From positions 10,684-74,683 of the forward strand of contig CAVOXQ010000012.1 of the NCBI GenBank assembly GCA_963700485.1: a stretch of 64,000 nucleotides of DNA, in the 5' to 3' direction. Positions 1 to 10,611 of this stretch are shown here, piece by piece; position 1 is the first letter of the stretch, and every line of letters starts with the position of its first letter. This stretch comes from an uncultured Alphaproteobacteria bacterium (GTDB lineage: Bacteria > Pseudomonadota > Alphaproteobacteria > Rhodobacterales > Rhodobacteraceae). The notes below the pieces were generated by a model. The model had not been told where the DNA came from, ran no database searches, and saw only the letters and a list, made by a program, of their open reading frames with translations. The translations under genes were made by a program, and so were the position numbers.

Positions 1-272
1 CGGCCGGCAACGCAAGCCGCGCGACCTCTGAAATGCTTACCCTGATCGAACGTTCCGTCTGCAATTTCATCGCCGCCCTGCCCGTCGTCGACGTGGCCTT
101 CATCCTTCTTGTCATAGCCTATGTAAAAGCCTTTTGAAGAAAATGTGTTTGTGACGGGTTTCGGGGCGGCCGGGTTCGGTCGCCCCTTATTTCATCGCGG
201 GGGCGGCAGATCGCGCGAAGCGCGGCCATGGATTTGGATTGAGAAAAAATCTGCCTTCCTTTACCCAAGGGC

Positions 273-737
273 ATGATCACGCAGAAGATGAAATATGCGT
301 TGAAGGCGCTGCTGGTTCTCGCCGACGAGCGTGACGGCAACGACGATGCGCTGCGCATCGAAGAGATCGCGCGGCGCGCGGAAACGCCCAAGCGCTATCT
401 CGAACACATCCTGCTGGAACTGCGCAACGCAGGCTACATCTCCTCGATCCGGGGGCGCAAGGGCGGCTACCGGATGGTCAAGGCCCCCGCCAAGATCCCG
501 ATCGGGGAATTGCTTCGGATGATTGACGGACCGATTGCGCCGCTCGCCTGCCTGTCCCGCCACGCCTATCAGCGCTGCGAGGATTGCGCGGACGAGGCAA
601 CCTGCCGCATCCGCAAGGTCTTTGCCGAGGTGTTCTGGTCCTATCTCGTGATCATCGAGTCCCTGACGCTGGCCGATCTGCTCGGATCGCCCGCCATGGC
701 AGGTCAGATGCTCGCGCCGGCCGAGGCCGAGGCGTAG
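273..737 (+). CDS. Rrf2 family transcriptional regulator
   Basis: MITQKMKYALKAL N-terminus, YLEHILLELR..G.ISSIRGRKGGY winged HTH, C-terminal Cys cluster CLS..RCEDC..EATC. Confidence 0.92.
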   Translation: MITQKMKYALKALLVLADERDGNDDALRIEEIARRAETPKRYLEHILLELRNAGYISSIRGRKGGYRMVKAPAKIPIGELLRMIDGPIAPLACLSRHAYQRCEDCADEATCRIRKVFAEVFWSYLVIIESLTLADLLGSPAMAGQMLAPAEAEA

Positions 738-817
738 CAGGGCGGGATTGCGGTGATGGAGCGCAAGGAAACATTCGGAAATGCCAGGTTGAGCCGATTG
801 GCCCGGGGTGTGGCGTG

Positions 818-1591
818 ATGGACCCCGCGGCGGGCGGACTTTCCGGGATCATCCTGGGCGTGCTCGGTACCGAGGTGATCGGCGCAATCGGCATCGTCGG
901 CGTCGTGTTCTACATCGGGGCCTATCTCTGCCTGCAACTCGGGCTGATCCGGGGCGACGGCTATCTTTTTCCGGTACTGAACCTGATCGCGTCCGGGTCG
1001 ATCCTTGTCAGCCTGTCGCAGAACTACAATCCGTTCTCCGCCTTCATCGAAACCGCCTGGGTCACGATCAGCCTGATCGGCATCACCCGGATCTGGTTCG
1101 TGGCGCGCTATGTCAACCTGTCCCCCGAAGAGCAACAGGTGGCAAACACGCTGACCCCCGGCCTGAAGAAGGACCGCGTCAAGCGCCTGTTGCGGCTTGG
1201 GCGGTTCCTTGATGCCGCGCCGGAACTGCGGATCGCGGAAGAAGGCCGGCCGCTCAAGGATCTGACGCTTCTGATCACCGGCCATTGCCGCATCGAACGC
1301 GGCAGCCAGACCGTCGCGCTGTTGCGTGACGGGGCGCTGGTGGGCGAGTTGACCTATGCGACCGGTGCCCCCGCGACGGCCTCGGTGGTGGTGGCCGAAC
1401 CCTCGCGCCTGTTTCAGGTCGATTGCGCGGCCCTGCGCGCCTTCCTGCTCAAGAACGACGATATCGCCGCCGCGCTGGAGGGCAGCATCACGGTCGATCT
1501 TCGCCGCAAACTCGCCGAAACCACGCGTCGGCTGTCGGAACATGGCACGGGAAAACCCGCCCAGGCCGCCCCCGAGCGACCCGGGGCCTGA
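818..1591 (+). CDS. Membrane protein: N-terminal 3-4 TM (CBU_0592-like) fused to a cyclic-nucleotide-binding domain
   Basis: Hydrophobic N-terminus (GIVGVVFYIGAYLCLQLG...YLFPVLNLIASG), then LITGHCRIER...GALVGELTY..APATASV cNMP signature. ATG at 818 is in frame with ORF 584..1591. Confidence 0.75.
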   Translation: MDPAAGGLSGIILGVLGTEVIGAIGIVGVVFYIGAYLCLQLGLIRGDGYLFPVLNLIASGSILVSLSQNYNPFSAFIETAWVTISLIGITRIWFVARYVNLSPEEQQVANTLTPGLKKDRVKRLLRLGRFLDAAPELRIAEEGRPLKDLTLLITGHCRIERGSQTVALLRDGALVGELTYATGAPATASVVVAEPSRLFQVDCAALRAFLLKNDDIAAALEGSITVDLRRKLAETTRRLSEHGTGKPAQAAPERPGA

Positions 1592-1646
1592 TCGGGCACG
1601 CGCGGCGTGGCGTGTGGTGCGCAAAAGCCGAACGGAGACGAAGCGG

Positions 1647-2270
1647 ATGTGCAACCTTTACTCGCAGACAACCGCGCAGGCCGCCATGCGGCAGCTTTTC
1701 GAGCCGCTACCGGTCCATGATCGGGCGGGCAACCTTCCGCAACAGCCCGAGATCTACCCGGACCAGCTGGCCCCGATCGTGCGCGTTGCGCCCGACGGCA
1801 TGGAACTGGTGAAATCCCGCTGGGGGCTGCCGACGCCCCCGCAATACCTCGAGGGCAAGAAGACCGACCGGGGCGTGACCAACGTCCGCAATACCTCGTC
1901 TCCCCATTGGCGCAGGTGGCTGGGCCCGGACTCGCGCTGCCTGGTGCCGATGACCGCCTTTGCAGAGCCCGATCACCAGCGGGGCGGGAATGCGTGGTTC
2001 GCGCTGGCGGAGGGCGGAACGGCCTTTTTCGCCGGGCTGACCGTCCGGGGCTGGACCTCGGTGCGCAAGCTCAAGGACGGACCGACCACGGACGATCTTT
2101 TCGCGTTCCTGACCACGACGCCGAACGCCGAAGTCGGGCGCATCCACCCCAAGGCGATGCCGGTGGTCCTGACCAGCCCCGACGCGTGGCAGGCCTGGCT
2201 CCACGCCCCCTGGGACGAGGCCCGGTCGCTGCAACGCCCGCTGCCCGACGGGGCCCTGGTGCGACGCTAG
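1647..2270 (+). CDS. SOS response-associated peptidase (SRAP/HMCES/YedK family)
   Basis: MCNLY N-terminus with catalytic Cys2; RCLVP..F.EP; FLTT.PNAEV..IHPKAMPV. Confidence 0.92.
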   Translation: MCNLYSQTTAQAAMRQLFEPLPVHDRAGNLPQQPEIYPDQLAPIVRVAPDGMELVKSRWGLPTPPQYLEGKKTDRGVTNVRNTSSPHWRRWLGPDSRCLVPMTAFAEPDHQRGGNAWFALAEGGTAFFAGLTVRGWTSVRKLKDGPTTDDLFAFLTTTPNAEVGRIHPKAMPVVLTSPDAWQAWLHAPWDEARSLQRPLPDGALVRR

Positions 2271-2295
2271 ATCCCGCTGCGGCCTGCCCGTCCGG

Positions 2296-4746
2296 TCATG
2301 ACGCGGCCAGATGTCCGGCGGGCGCCCGAACCACGGCGGGTTCGACCTGCCAGGCAAGATCGCCGCCATAGCGCCAGGCGATGCGCCCGGCATCGTCCAG
2401 CGCGAAAAGGTGCAGCCAGCGATTGTCGAACAGCGCTCGCACGCCGTCATGGCGTTGCAGGATGTCGGTCATCGCCTCCCGCGGCGCCTCGACACACACG
2501 CTGAGCCGCAGCGGATCATGCATCAGTCTTTCGCCGTCATGGACCGATTGCCATGGCAACCCCATGCGCAAGACCCCACCATTGCCCTCGACCACACCGA
2601 CCCCTCCGACGACGTTGTGAAGCAGCTTGTTGCCCGCGCCGAAGACTTCCGGCGCGACGCTGGAGCCGTGGTATTGCAGGCTGATCCAGCTTGCGACCAC
2701 GACCGGTGCCGTCATGATCAGTTCCAGCACGCCAAATCCCTTGTCCGCCCGCCAGTCATAGTTGTGAAGAAAGGCGCGACCGCCAAAGCTCTTTCCCGCA
2801 GTCCGCGACCGCGGCGCGGCGATGAAGGCGTTGCATCCCGCCAGCGCCCATTCCGGGCGCACTTCGGCCCAGTTGCGCGCCCGCTCCGGGATGGACGCGG
2901 CGGCGGTGCCGGGCGGCAGGCGCGCCGCGCGTTCACCCCGGCAGGTCCGGCCCGCCGCGGCAAGCCAATCCTCGGCGCGCGTCACGTCGGCCACATGGGC
3001 GGACACATCGTGGTCTTGCCGGAACAGCGTGACGGTATCCGTCGTCGTGTCGTGCAGCGCGCCCAGAAACAGCGTGTCGCCCGGAACGTCGATACCCCTG
3101 CCGGCCAGCCCCGCGCGAACCCTGCCGTCGTTCAGCAGCGCCGCCAGAAGCCGCGCGTTGACCTCGCCCGAATAGCCGCCACAGGCACCGCATTGCAGCG
3201 CGCTGGCATGGGGGTTGTTTACGACATGTGCGCCATGCCCGGCAATCAGGACGAGGCGCGCGAAACCGCCCGTCAGCGACATTGCCCGCAGGATCGTTTC
3301 AGCCGCGTCGATGCGACTGGCGGGATCGGGTTCCGGCACGAGGCGGGGCATCGGATCGGCGGGTGCGCCGGCATGGCCGAGGCCGAGCGCGTCGCGCGCC
3401 AGCTTTCCGACGTAGAGCGGGCCGGCGGATTCCACGAAGGCGAACGAGGAAACCGCCGCCAGCTTGAAGCGGCCCCAGGCCCGGCCGGCCCGGGCCCGGA
3501 TCCGCGCGGATACATCCGCCCCCTCGCCATCGGCCGCACCTGACCGGGAATGGAGGCCGGGATTGAGAAGCACCGGCAACCGCAGTTCCTCGACGTCCGA
3601 GGCAAAGCCGCGATGCGCCGTTCCAAGCCCGAAGAAGCCCGCAAAACCGAGCGTCTCGATGGCAGGATCGACCCCCTCGAGCGCCCGGCGAAACACCTCG
3701 GAGCGCACGTCGATGCAGAACGCGGCCTGCAGGGCGGGCCGTCCGTCCGCCACCGCCGGTGGCTCGATCGCCAGAAGTTCCGCGATCCGGCGCTGGCCCG
3801 CACGATCGGCCGCATCCTGCAACACGGCGTCGAGCGCCATGTCGCGCGAAACCTCAAGCGGCCTTGCATGTCCCGCCCGCACCTCGTCCCAGCGGTCGGC
3901 GATCCGGAGCGCATACTGGTCGTGCAGGGCCAGATCCCAGAACAACCGGATCGCGAGGCAATCCGACAGCGTATCGTCGGTTCCACCGGCAAGCTCGGCC
4001 TGCCATTGGCGATAGCGGGCAAGTTGCGCCCAGCCGCCAAGTGTCATCAGCAGGCGGTGAAAATACGTCTCCAGCCCTCCGGAGGGCATGTGCAGCCGGG
4101 CCGCAGCCTCTGCGACGAACTGCGCAGCCGTGTCCGGAGCCTCGTCAACGCGCGCCCCGAACCCCGGCAGGCCAAGGATTTCGGGCGTCAGGTCATGCGT
4201 TGCCGTCATGCGCCAGCCGCGCCAGGCCCCCTTCCCGCGCGACGCCGCCCAGAGCGCCTGACCATCGTCGAAGAACCCGCCCGCCCAGGCCCCGATCCGG
4301 TCAGCGATGATCCCGGGCCAGTCGATGCCCGATACCTCTGCCGCCAGGTCGGCGATGCTGGGCAGCGCGCGGGGTTCGGGCAGGCGTTCGGAAGTGCCCG
4401 CTTTCACCGCCTTGAGGTCCACGCCCGCGCAGGACGGTCCGGCCGCCGCAAGCGCGGCCTCGATGTCAGTCTCGAGGATCTCGCCAGCGGCGATCTTCGC
4501 CCCGAACCAGTCCCTCGGCATCGTGACGGGCGCCCCCGCCACACGCGCCAGCCGGGCACCGGCTTCGGCCAGCGACCCTTCCGACTGGCCGAGGTAGGGA
4601 TTGACGGCGACGCTGGATGCCAGGGGCCAGGCGGGCGGGATCGCCCGGCAGGCCGCCTCCGTGGCGCGCGCGACCGCCTGCCGGAAGGCGGGCTGCATCT
4701 GGGGAGTGTGTTCCATGATCGTCTTCCCTGCCTTGTCCCGGGTCAT
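2296..4746 (-). CDS. dabA: DabA (DUF2309/YbcC/MpsB) inorganic carbon transporter subunit
   Basis: IPPAWPL...VAVNP N-terminus; zinc-site motifs [17 protein letters not shown]; HDTTTD; [12 protein letters not shown]; [11 protein letters not shown] overlaps the dabB stop (ATGA). Confidence 0.9.
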   Translation of the reverse strand: MTRDKAGKTIMEHTPQMQPAFRQAVARATEAACRAIPPAWPLASSVAVNPYLGQSEGSLAEAGARLARVAGAPVTMPRDWFGAKIAAGEILETDIEAALAAAGPSCAGVDLKAVKAGTSERLPEPRALPSIADLAAEVSGIDWPGIIADRIGAWAGGFFDDGQALWAASRGKGAWRGWRMTATHDLTPEILGLPGFGARVDEAPDTAAQFVAEAAARLHMPSGGLETYFHRLLMTLGGWAQLARYRQWQAELAGGTDDTLSDCLAIRLFWDLALHDQYALRIADRWDEVRAGHARPLEVSRDMALDAVLQDAADRAGQRRIAELLAIEPPAVADGRPALQAAFCIDVRSEVFRRALEGVDPAIETLGFAGFFGLGTAHRGFASDVEELRLPVLLNPGLHSRSGAADGEGADVSARIRARAGRAWGRFKLAAVSSFAFVESAGPLYVGKLARDALGLGHAGAPADPMPRLVPEPDPASRIDAAETILRAMSLTGGFARLVLIAGHGAHVVNNPHASALQCGACGGYSGEVNARLLAALLNDGRVRAGLAGRGIDVPGDTLFLGALHDTTTDTVTLFRQDHDVSAHVADVTRAEDWLAAAGRTCRGERAARLPPGTAAASIPERARNWAEVRPEWALAGCNAFIAAPRSRTAGKSFGGRAFLHNYDWRADKGFGVLELIMTAPVVVASWISLQYHGSSVAPEVFGAGNKLLHNVVGGVGVVEGNGGVLRMGLPWQSVHDGERLMHDPLRLSVCVEAPREAMTDILQRHDGVRALFDNRWLHLFALDDAGRIAWRYGGDLAWQVEPAVVRAPAGHLAAS

Positions 4747-6305
4747 GCCTTGCCGTCCCGCAGCCAATTGCCCAGCAACCGGTCGCTCAGCGCGTTGATG
4801 TAAAGACCGTTGGCCAGATGAACCCGAAGTCCAGCGGCGGCCGGGTGGCCGGACCAGAGCGGGAACGAGGCCTGCGCCACGGCGACCAGCCCGAAACTGG
4901 CAATCGCCATCGCGATGAGCGCCCATTCCAGCGGTCCCGGGTCTGGCGTCGCGGGCAGCGTCCCGGCCATCAGGCCTTCGGCTGCGGTCTGAAGAAGGAA
5001 ATACGAGGCCGCGGCGACCACGGCAAAGATAGCGGTATGGCGCGTCAGTGCCCTTGGGGCAGTGTCGGCAAAACCCTGCGCCAGCAGATAGGCCACGCCG
5101 AAGATCAGGATCGCACCGAGCGCGATGGCTTGCGGCGACTTGCCCTCGAACCCGAAGATCGCCCCTGTGCCCGCGTAGATCACCAGCGCCACGGCGAAGG
5201 CGCGGGCGACGGCGCCAAGGCCCGGCACGGCCACCGGACCAGGCTTGCGGATCGCCGTCACCCGGTCCACCGCGCCGCCGGCGCTCAGAAAGGCATGCGC
5301 CTTGTAAAGGGAATGTGCCACGATGTGCAGCAGCGCCAGCGGAAACAGAGCAAGCCCACACTGAAAGATCATGAACCCCATCTGCGCCACCGTCGACCAG
5401 GCGAGCGAGGTCTTCACCGCCGGCTGGGTCAGCATGACAAGACTGCCGTAGAGCGCGGTAAAGCCGCCGATCAAAACGAGCGCCGCCAGTACGCCCGGCG
5501 CCGTAAGCATCACGTCCGAAAAGCGGATCAACAGGAATCCGCCGGCATTGATGACGCCCGCATGCAGCAGCGCAGAAACCGGTGTCGGCGTCTCCATGAC
5601 CTCGGTCAACCATCCATGCGTCGGAAACTGCGCCGACTTCAGCAAGGCCGCCAGAGCGATCAGCCCCGCGGCCCAGGCCGCCGTCCATGAGGGCTCCGCG
5701 GCCCGCGCAAGCGCGCCGATCTGCGCCAGATCACCCGTCCCGTAGGCCCGCCACAGCAGGATCGCCGCGCCCAACAGGGCGATGTCGCCGGCGCGGGCGA
5801 CCATGAACTTCTTGCGCGCTGCACGACGCGCGCCGGCCCGGTCAGGGTAGAACATCAGAAGCTTGTGCAGAAAGAGGCTGGTCGCAATCCAGGCAGGCAC
5901 CAGAACCGCCAGATTGCCGGCGAGCACCAGCAGGATGACCGAACCCAGTGTCAGGCTCATCCAGCCGAGAAAGGCCCCTTGCCGCGCCTCGCCGTCCAGA
6001 TAGCGCGCGCTGAACCTCAGCACGATCGCCCCCACGAAGGCGATCAGGCACAACAGGATGACGCTGACCGGATCGATCCGCAGCGAGATCCCGATCCGGG
6101 CCTCGTCCGACAGCGCAATCGTCCCGGCCCCCGTCATCATCAAGGACGCAGCACTGCCGAGCGCCCCCGCAAGCAGGGCCACTCCGACGGCGGGAACGAG
6201 TTGCACCACAAAGGGCCGGCGGCCCGGTTGCGACAGGCAGGCCGCCGAGAACGCGATGAGCGCGATCAGGCAAAGGATCGGAGAATACTGAAGGATACCG
6301 GGCAT
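4743..6305 (-). CDS. dabB: DabB (NuoL/MrpA-like membrane subunit of the DAB/Mps carbon pump)
   Basis: [51 protein letters not shown]; coupled to dabA. Confidence 0.9.
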   Translation of the reverse strand: MPGILQYSPILCLIALIAFSAACLSQPGRRPFVVQLVPAVGVALLAGALGSAASLMMTGAGTIALSDEARIGISLRIDPVSVILLCLIAFVGAIVLRFSARYLDGEARQGAFLGWMSLTLGSVILLVLAGNLAVLVPAWIATSLFLHKLLMFYPDRAGARRAARKKFMVARAGDIALLGAAILLWRAYGTGDLAQIGALARAAEPSWTAAWAAGLIALAALLKSAQFPTHGWLTEVMETPTPVSALLHAGVINAGGFLLIRFSDVMLTAPGVLAALVLIGGFTALYGSLVMLTQPAVKTSLAWSTVAQMGFMIFQCGLALFPLALLHIVAHSLYKAHAFLSAGGAVDRVTAIRKPGPVAVPGLGAVARAFAVALVIYAGTGAIFGFEGKSPQAIALGAILIFGVAYLLAQGFADTAPRALTRHTAIFAVVAAASYFLLQTAAEGLMAGTLPATPDPGPLEWALIAMAIASFGLVAVAQASFPLWSGHPAAAGLRVHLANGLYINALSDRLLGNWLRDGKA

Positions 6306-6407
6306 GGCGCGTCTCCATAAGCGACAACGATCTGCTGATAGCCCGGCCAAATTGGTTGATAAAATACATTGTTTGGAATAAATCCATCCACGAAAGAGAA
6401 CGGATCA

Positions 6408-7337
6408 ATGGCGGGCCTCAACTACAATCACCTGCGCTACTTCTGGACCGTCGCGCGCGAAGGGCACCTGACCCGCGCTGCCGAACGCCTCAACCTGTCG
6501 CAATCCGCGCTCTCGACGCAGATCCGCAAGCTCGAGGATCAGATCGGCCACCCGCTCTTCGAACGGCGCGGCCGCAGCCTCGTTCTGACCGAGGCCGGAC
6601 AGCTTGCCTTCGACTATGCCGAGGCGATCTTTGCCACCGGCGAGGAATTGCTCGGAACTCTCACGGACTCCGTCCGTCTTGCGCGCCAGACGCTGCGCGT
6701 CGGTGCGCTCGCTACCCTGTCGCGCAACTTCCAGATGGATTTCCTGGATCCCGTCCTTCGCGAGCGCGAGATCGGCCTTGTATTGCGTTCGGGCTCTCTG
6801 GGGGAACTGATGACGCAACTGGAGGCGCACCGGCTCGATATCTTGCTGGTCAACCAGGAACCGCTTCGTGCCTCCGACAGCCAGTGGATCGCGCACCGGA
6901 TCGACGAACAACCCGTCAGCCTTGTCGGCGACCCGGCGCGGATCGGCGCGCCCTCGGGCCTTGGCGCCTTGCTTCAGGCCCACCCGCTTATCCTTCCATC
7001 GCGCGAAAGCGGCGTGCGGTCGGGTTTCGACGCCCTTGTCATGCGACTCGGGATCACGCCCACGATCGCAGCCGAGGTCGACGACATGGCGATGATGCGC
7101 GTTCTGGCACGCGAAGACATCGGGCTCGCGGTCCTGCCACCGATCGTGGTGCGCGATGAACTGAGGAGCGGGCAGTTACGCGAGATCGCGCGCCTGCCGG
7201 GGCTGACCGAAACCTTCTCGGCCATCACGCTGCAACGCCGCTTCCCCAATCCTCTGGTCGCCCGCCTGCTCGACGCCAAGGGGATCGCCATGCCGAAGAC
7301 CGCCCGCGCCGCCGCCCGAAAGCCAAGGCACGCCTGA
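6408..7337 (+). CDS. LysR family regulator (NhaR-like), divergent from dabBA
   Basis: LNYNHLRYFWTVAREG.LTRAAERLNLSQSALS HTH plus LysR substrate domain. Confidence 0.92.
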   Translation: MAGLNYNHLRYFWTVAREGHLTRAAERLNLSQSALSTQIRKLEDQIGHPLFERRGRSLVLTEAGQLAFDYAEAIFATGEELLGTLTDSVRLARQTLRVGALATLSRNFQMDFLDPVLREREIGLVLRSGSLGELMTQLEAHRLDILLVNQEPLRASDSQWIAHRIDEQPVSLVGDPARIGAPSGLGALLQAHPLILPSRESGVRSGFDALVMRLGITPTIAAEVDDMAMMRVLAREDIGLAVLPPIVVRDELRSGQLREIARLPGLTETFSAITLQRRFPNPLVARLLDAKGIAMPKTARAAARKPRHA

Positions 7338-7485
7338 CCCGTTCCGAAGGCGACGGCCCGCCGTTGCGGAGCCGGCGGTTTCCTGGTCGACGTCCGCGTC
7401 CCGCACGACTTGGCGCCGAGAGAGAAATCATGATGCCCAATCGGTCGTAGACTCTGGTCGATCGTTATCGAATCGAGGCCGCCAG

Positions 7486-7842
7486 ATGCGCAGAAAGGTC
7501 GAGACGCAGCCCAGCCTTCGCGACCGCGCGCGCCTCGCCCTCCTCGACCTGATGGCGGCCGATACCGCGACGCTCGAGAATCTCTCGACACAACTGGGCC
7601 TGAGTTGCCGAACGCTGCAAAGGCATCTGTCCCGCGAAGGCACGAGTTTCTCCTGCATGATCGAGGATGCCCGCCGCATTCAGGCGCTTGCCCATATCGC
7701 GCGCGGCGGCACGACACTGAAGGTGATCTCGCGGCGTCTCGGCTACAGTCAGGCATCGACACTGACCCGGGCGGTCCGGCGATGGACGGGAGCGCCGCCC
7801 AGCCGGATCAGGGCGCGGGGCCGTGGCGAGACCGACGGTTAG
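7486..7842 (+). CDS. AraC-type HTH protein, DNA-binding domain only (possibly truncated)
   Basis: LGLSCRTLQRHLSREGTSF and LGYSQASTLTRAVRRWTGAPP double HTH; no N-terminal sensor domain. Confidence 0.8.
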   Translation: MRRKVETQPSLRDRARLALLDLMAADTATLENLSTQLGLSCRTLQRHLSREGTSFSCMIEDARRIQALAHIARGGTTLKVISRRLGYSQASTLTRAVRRWTGAPPSRIRARGRGETDG

Positions 7843-7933
7843 AAAAACGGCAGGTTGGCGCCCAAAGGTAAGTGCCGCCCGGCGTCCTGCTCTATGCGGG
7901 AGACAGATGACCGATAGCTGGTGGAGGTGAACG

Positions 7934-8665
7934 ATGATGAAACCCGCACTTGTCGCCCTCGCCGTTCTGGGGGCAGGGCCGGCCTTGGCACAGGACGCCG
8001 GCTGGAAATACAAGGCGACCTTCTACGGCTGGTTTCCGGGGATCGACTCGACGGTCGACACCCGCTTCGGAACGGTCGAAAGCGACGTCAGTTCCAGCGA
8101 CGTGCTTTCTAACCTCGACATGGCGTTCATGGGAACCTTCGCCGCCCAGAACGGGCGATGGGGGTTTGCCGGCGACCTTCTTTACAGCGACATCTCACCC
8201 AGTCAGGCAACGCCGCTGCCGTTCTATGGCGAGATCACCGTCGATGTGAAGCTTACAGCCATCAGCGGCTATGCCCTTTACCGGGTTTCGCAGGATCTCG
8301 ACGTGCAAGTGGACCTGGGCGTGGGCCTTCGCTATTTCGACACCACGCTTGACGTCGCGCTCAGCCCCGGCCTGCGGCCGGCCGCCTCGCAATCGGTCAG
8401 CGGCAGCTGGACCGATCCGCTGATCGCGGCCCGTCTGGCGATCGCGCTCAACGACGACTGGTTCCTCGCCGGGTTCGCCGACTGGGGCGGCACCGGATCG
8501 GGCGACGAAACCTGGCAGGTCTATGCCGGCGTCGGCTACAACTTCAACGAACACTGGTCCTCGCAAGTCGGCTATCGTTACATGGACATCAGCAAGAACA
8601 TCGACGGCAATAACGTCTCGCTCGGGATGAGCGGCCTTGTCCTTGCCGGCACCTACAGCTTCTGA
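7934..8665 (+). CDS. Outer membrane beta-barrel protein
   Basis: Signal peptide ending ALA-Q, alternating aromatic beta strands, C-terminal TYSF; SD GGAGG upstream. Confidence 0.8.
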   Translation: MMKPALVALAVLGAGPALAQDAGWKYKATFYGWFPGIDSTVDTRFGTVESDVSSSDVLSNLDMAFMGTFAAQNGRWGFAGDLLYSDISPSQATPLPFYGEITVDVKLTAISGYALYRVSQDLDVQVDLGVGLRYFDTTLDVALSPGLRPAASQSVSGSWTDPLIAARLAIALNDDWFLAGFADWGGTGSGDETWQVYAGVGYNFNEHWSSQVGYRYMDISKNIDGNNVSLGMSGLVLAGTYSF

Positions 8666-8681
8666 AACCGCGGAGAATACG

Positions 8682-9473
8682 ATGACCAGCGCAGTCAAGG
8701 GATGTGAAGGCCCGATCAGGGCAGTTGCCCTCGCTCTCGGGATCGGGGTCGCGGCCGCCGGATCTGTCCAGGCGGACGAGGCCTTTGCCCGTGAACGGGT
8801 TCAGGCGATGTCCGATTATCTGGCCGGACAGGCAACCCTTTCGTTCAACTTCAACTCCACGCTCGACATCATCACCGGCGATGACCAGAAGCTCGGCATC
8901 GCCAGTTCCGGCAGCGCGGCCCTTGCGCGCCCGGACAAGTTGCATGCCATCCGGCGCGGTGGTTTCGCCACGATCGAAGTGACCTTCGATGGCGCGACCG
9001 TCTCGATCCTGAACGCCACGGCCGATGTCTATACCGAGGCCAGCATCCCCGGCAGCATCGACAATCTCATCAACACCCTGCGCGACGAGTACGGCCAGCC
9101 GCTGCCGGCGGCAGACCTGCTGTCGGGCGACGTGGCGGCGATCCTGCTCGCCGATGTCACCGACGTGAAGGATCTTGGCAGTGGGATGATCGGGACGGAG
9201 GAATGCGATCACTTCGCGTTTCGAACGCCCGAGGTGGACTGGCAGATATGGATCGCCCAGGGCGAAACCCCCTACCCCTGCCGCTATGCCATCACCAGCA
9301 CGGCCATTGCCGGCTGGCCGCAATACACGGTGGATGTCGTCGACTGGCAGGATGGGACGATCCCCGCGACTTTCGCGTTCGAACCGCCGGCGGGTGCGAC
9401 GCGGGTCGATCCCGCCGACATGCCCGATCTGGACGAGGTAGCCGGCGTCTTTGTCATGAAAGGACCGAACTGA
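8682..9473 (+). CDS. DUF2092 family periplasmic protein (LolA-like fold predicted)
   Basis: Signal peptide; MSDYLA, RPDKLH..R.GG, LPAADLL, ECDHFAFRTPEVDWQIWIAQG..PYPCRY.IT motifs. Confidence 0.85.
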   Translation: MTSAVKGCEGPIRAVALALGIGVAAAGSVQADEAFARERVQAMSDYLAGQATLSFNFNSTLDIITGDDQKLGIASSGSAALARPDKLHAIRRGGFATIEVTFDGATVSILNATADVYTEASIPGSIDNLINTLRDEYGQPLPAADLLSGDVAAILLADVTDVKDLGSGMIGTEECDHFAFRTPEVDWQIWIAQGETPYPCRYAITSTAIAGWPQYTVDVVDWQDGTIPATFAFEPPAGATRVDPADMPDLDEVAGVFVMKGPN

Positions 9474-9474
9474 C

Positions 9475-9681
9475 ATGAAAAATCGTATTGCCCTCGTTCT
9501 TGCGGGCCTGCTTGCTGCATCCTCGGCGCTCGAAGTCGGCGAGGGGCTCTGGACACGCGGTGCCCTGCAACTGGCCAGCCCCGCCGAGGCCATTGTCGGG
9601 CGTCCCCTCACCCCGGTCAGCGTTGCCGGCGTCGGCCGTCGGACTGTCCGTCGCTGCGCCGTTGGCGTCTACAATTGCTGA
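9475..9681 (+). CDS. Small secreted Arg-rich peptide (AEA-IVGRPLTPVSVAGVGRRTVRRCAVGVYNC)
   Basis: ATG 1 nt after the DUF2092 stop, SD AAAGGA, hydrophobic N-terminus and AxA cleavage motif. Confidence 0.7.
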   Translation: MKNRIALVLAGLLAASSALEVGEGLWTRGALQLASPAEAIVGRPLTPVSVAGVGRRTVRRCAVGVYNC

Positions 9682-9726
9682 TCCTCGCGCCGGGCGGGTC
9701 GCGGCGGGCGGGCAGCGCCGGACGGA

Positions 9727-10611
9727 TCAGCCCTCGGATGTGCTGACCGCTTCGAAACCGGAGACCAGATCCAGCAGTTCGCGAGTAATGGTTTCCTGCC
9801 TTTTCCGCCGATAGGCGGCGTTCAGATCCAGCCGGCGGTCCTCGATGTTGCGCTCGGCGCTCTGCATCGCCGCAAGGCGGGTCGCATGTTCGCTGGCCAT
9901 GGCCTCTGCGAGCGCGCGATACAGGATGACGAACAGCCGTTGGCGCACCAGCCAAGAGAACAGGCGACCCGGATTAGAACGAAAGAACGGCACCCCCCGG
10001 CCCGGCCAACCGGCGGCTGCAAGTTGCCCGAGGTAGCTCTCCGGGATCGGCAGAAGCACCCGCTGGACTGGCTTCGCCCGTGACGGACCCTCGCGGCGGG
10101 CATGCACGAGGCACACATGTCCGACCCCCGGATCGCGGGTCCAGCGCTCGATCTCGACGATGACAAGCTGGACCAGGGAACGCAGCCCCCCGACTGACCC
10201 AGGCTGGCGGAACACCCGGTCGATGCGGTGCCCCGAGGTGTCGAGCCGTGCTGCGGCCCGGGCACCGATGACGGCCAGAACGGCGGTCCGGTCGTTCAGT
10301 TGGGTTTCGGCATGGCGCGCCACGATTTCGTTGTAGCGCCCGCACAATCCGCGGTCGGACCCGATCACGATCAGCGCGCGGCGGGGGGTATCGTTCGCGA
10401 TGGTATCGGGCATCGCCAGATCCCGCGCCCGGCGGTCCCCAAGCAGCGCCGCAAGGCCGATCTCGATGGTCTGCTCGTATGCCGACATGGCCGCCTCGGC
10501 CCGCTCGTACTGGCGGATGCTGACAGCCGAGAGCGACTTCATCGTGCGGACGATGGACTGGATGTCGCCCGTCGTCTCGAGCATCTCCGACAGGGTTTCA
10601 AGCGTTTCCAT
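9727..10611 (-). CDS. atpG: N-ATPase gamma subunit
   Basis: [50 protein letters not shown]. Confidence 0.92.
   Translation of the reverse strand: METLETLSEMLETTGDIQSIVRTMKSLSAVSIRQYERAEAAMSAYEQTIEIGLAALLGDRRARDLAMPDTIANDTPRRALIVIGSDRGLCGRYNEIVARHAETQLNDRTAVLAVIGARAAARLDTSGHRIDRVFRQPGSVGGLRSLVQLVIVEIERWTRDPGVGHVCLVHARREGPSRAKPVQRVLLPIPESYLGQLAAAGWPGRGVPFFRSNPGRLFSWLVRQRLFVILYRALAEAMASEHATRLAAMQSAERNIEDRRLDLNAAYRRKRQETITRELLDLVSGFEAVSTSEG

Noticed and set aside
1615-1646. LexA box (GAAC-N7-GAAC) before SRAP
   Set aside because: Only one GAAC; the second half-site and the spacing do not fit.
2296-5688. 1130-aa ORF as a single protein
   Set aside because: The N-terminal extension overlaps dabB out of frame; the real start is near 4746.
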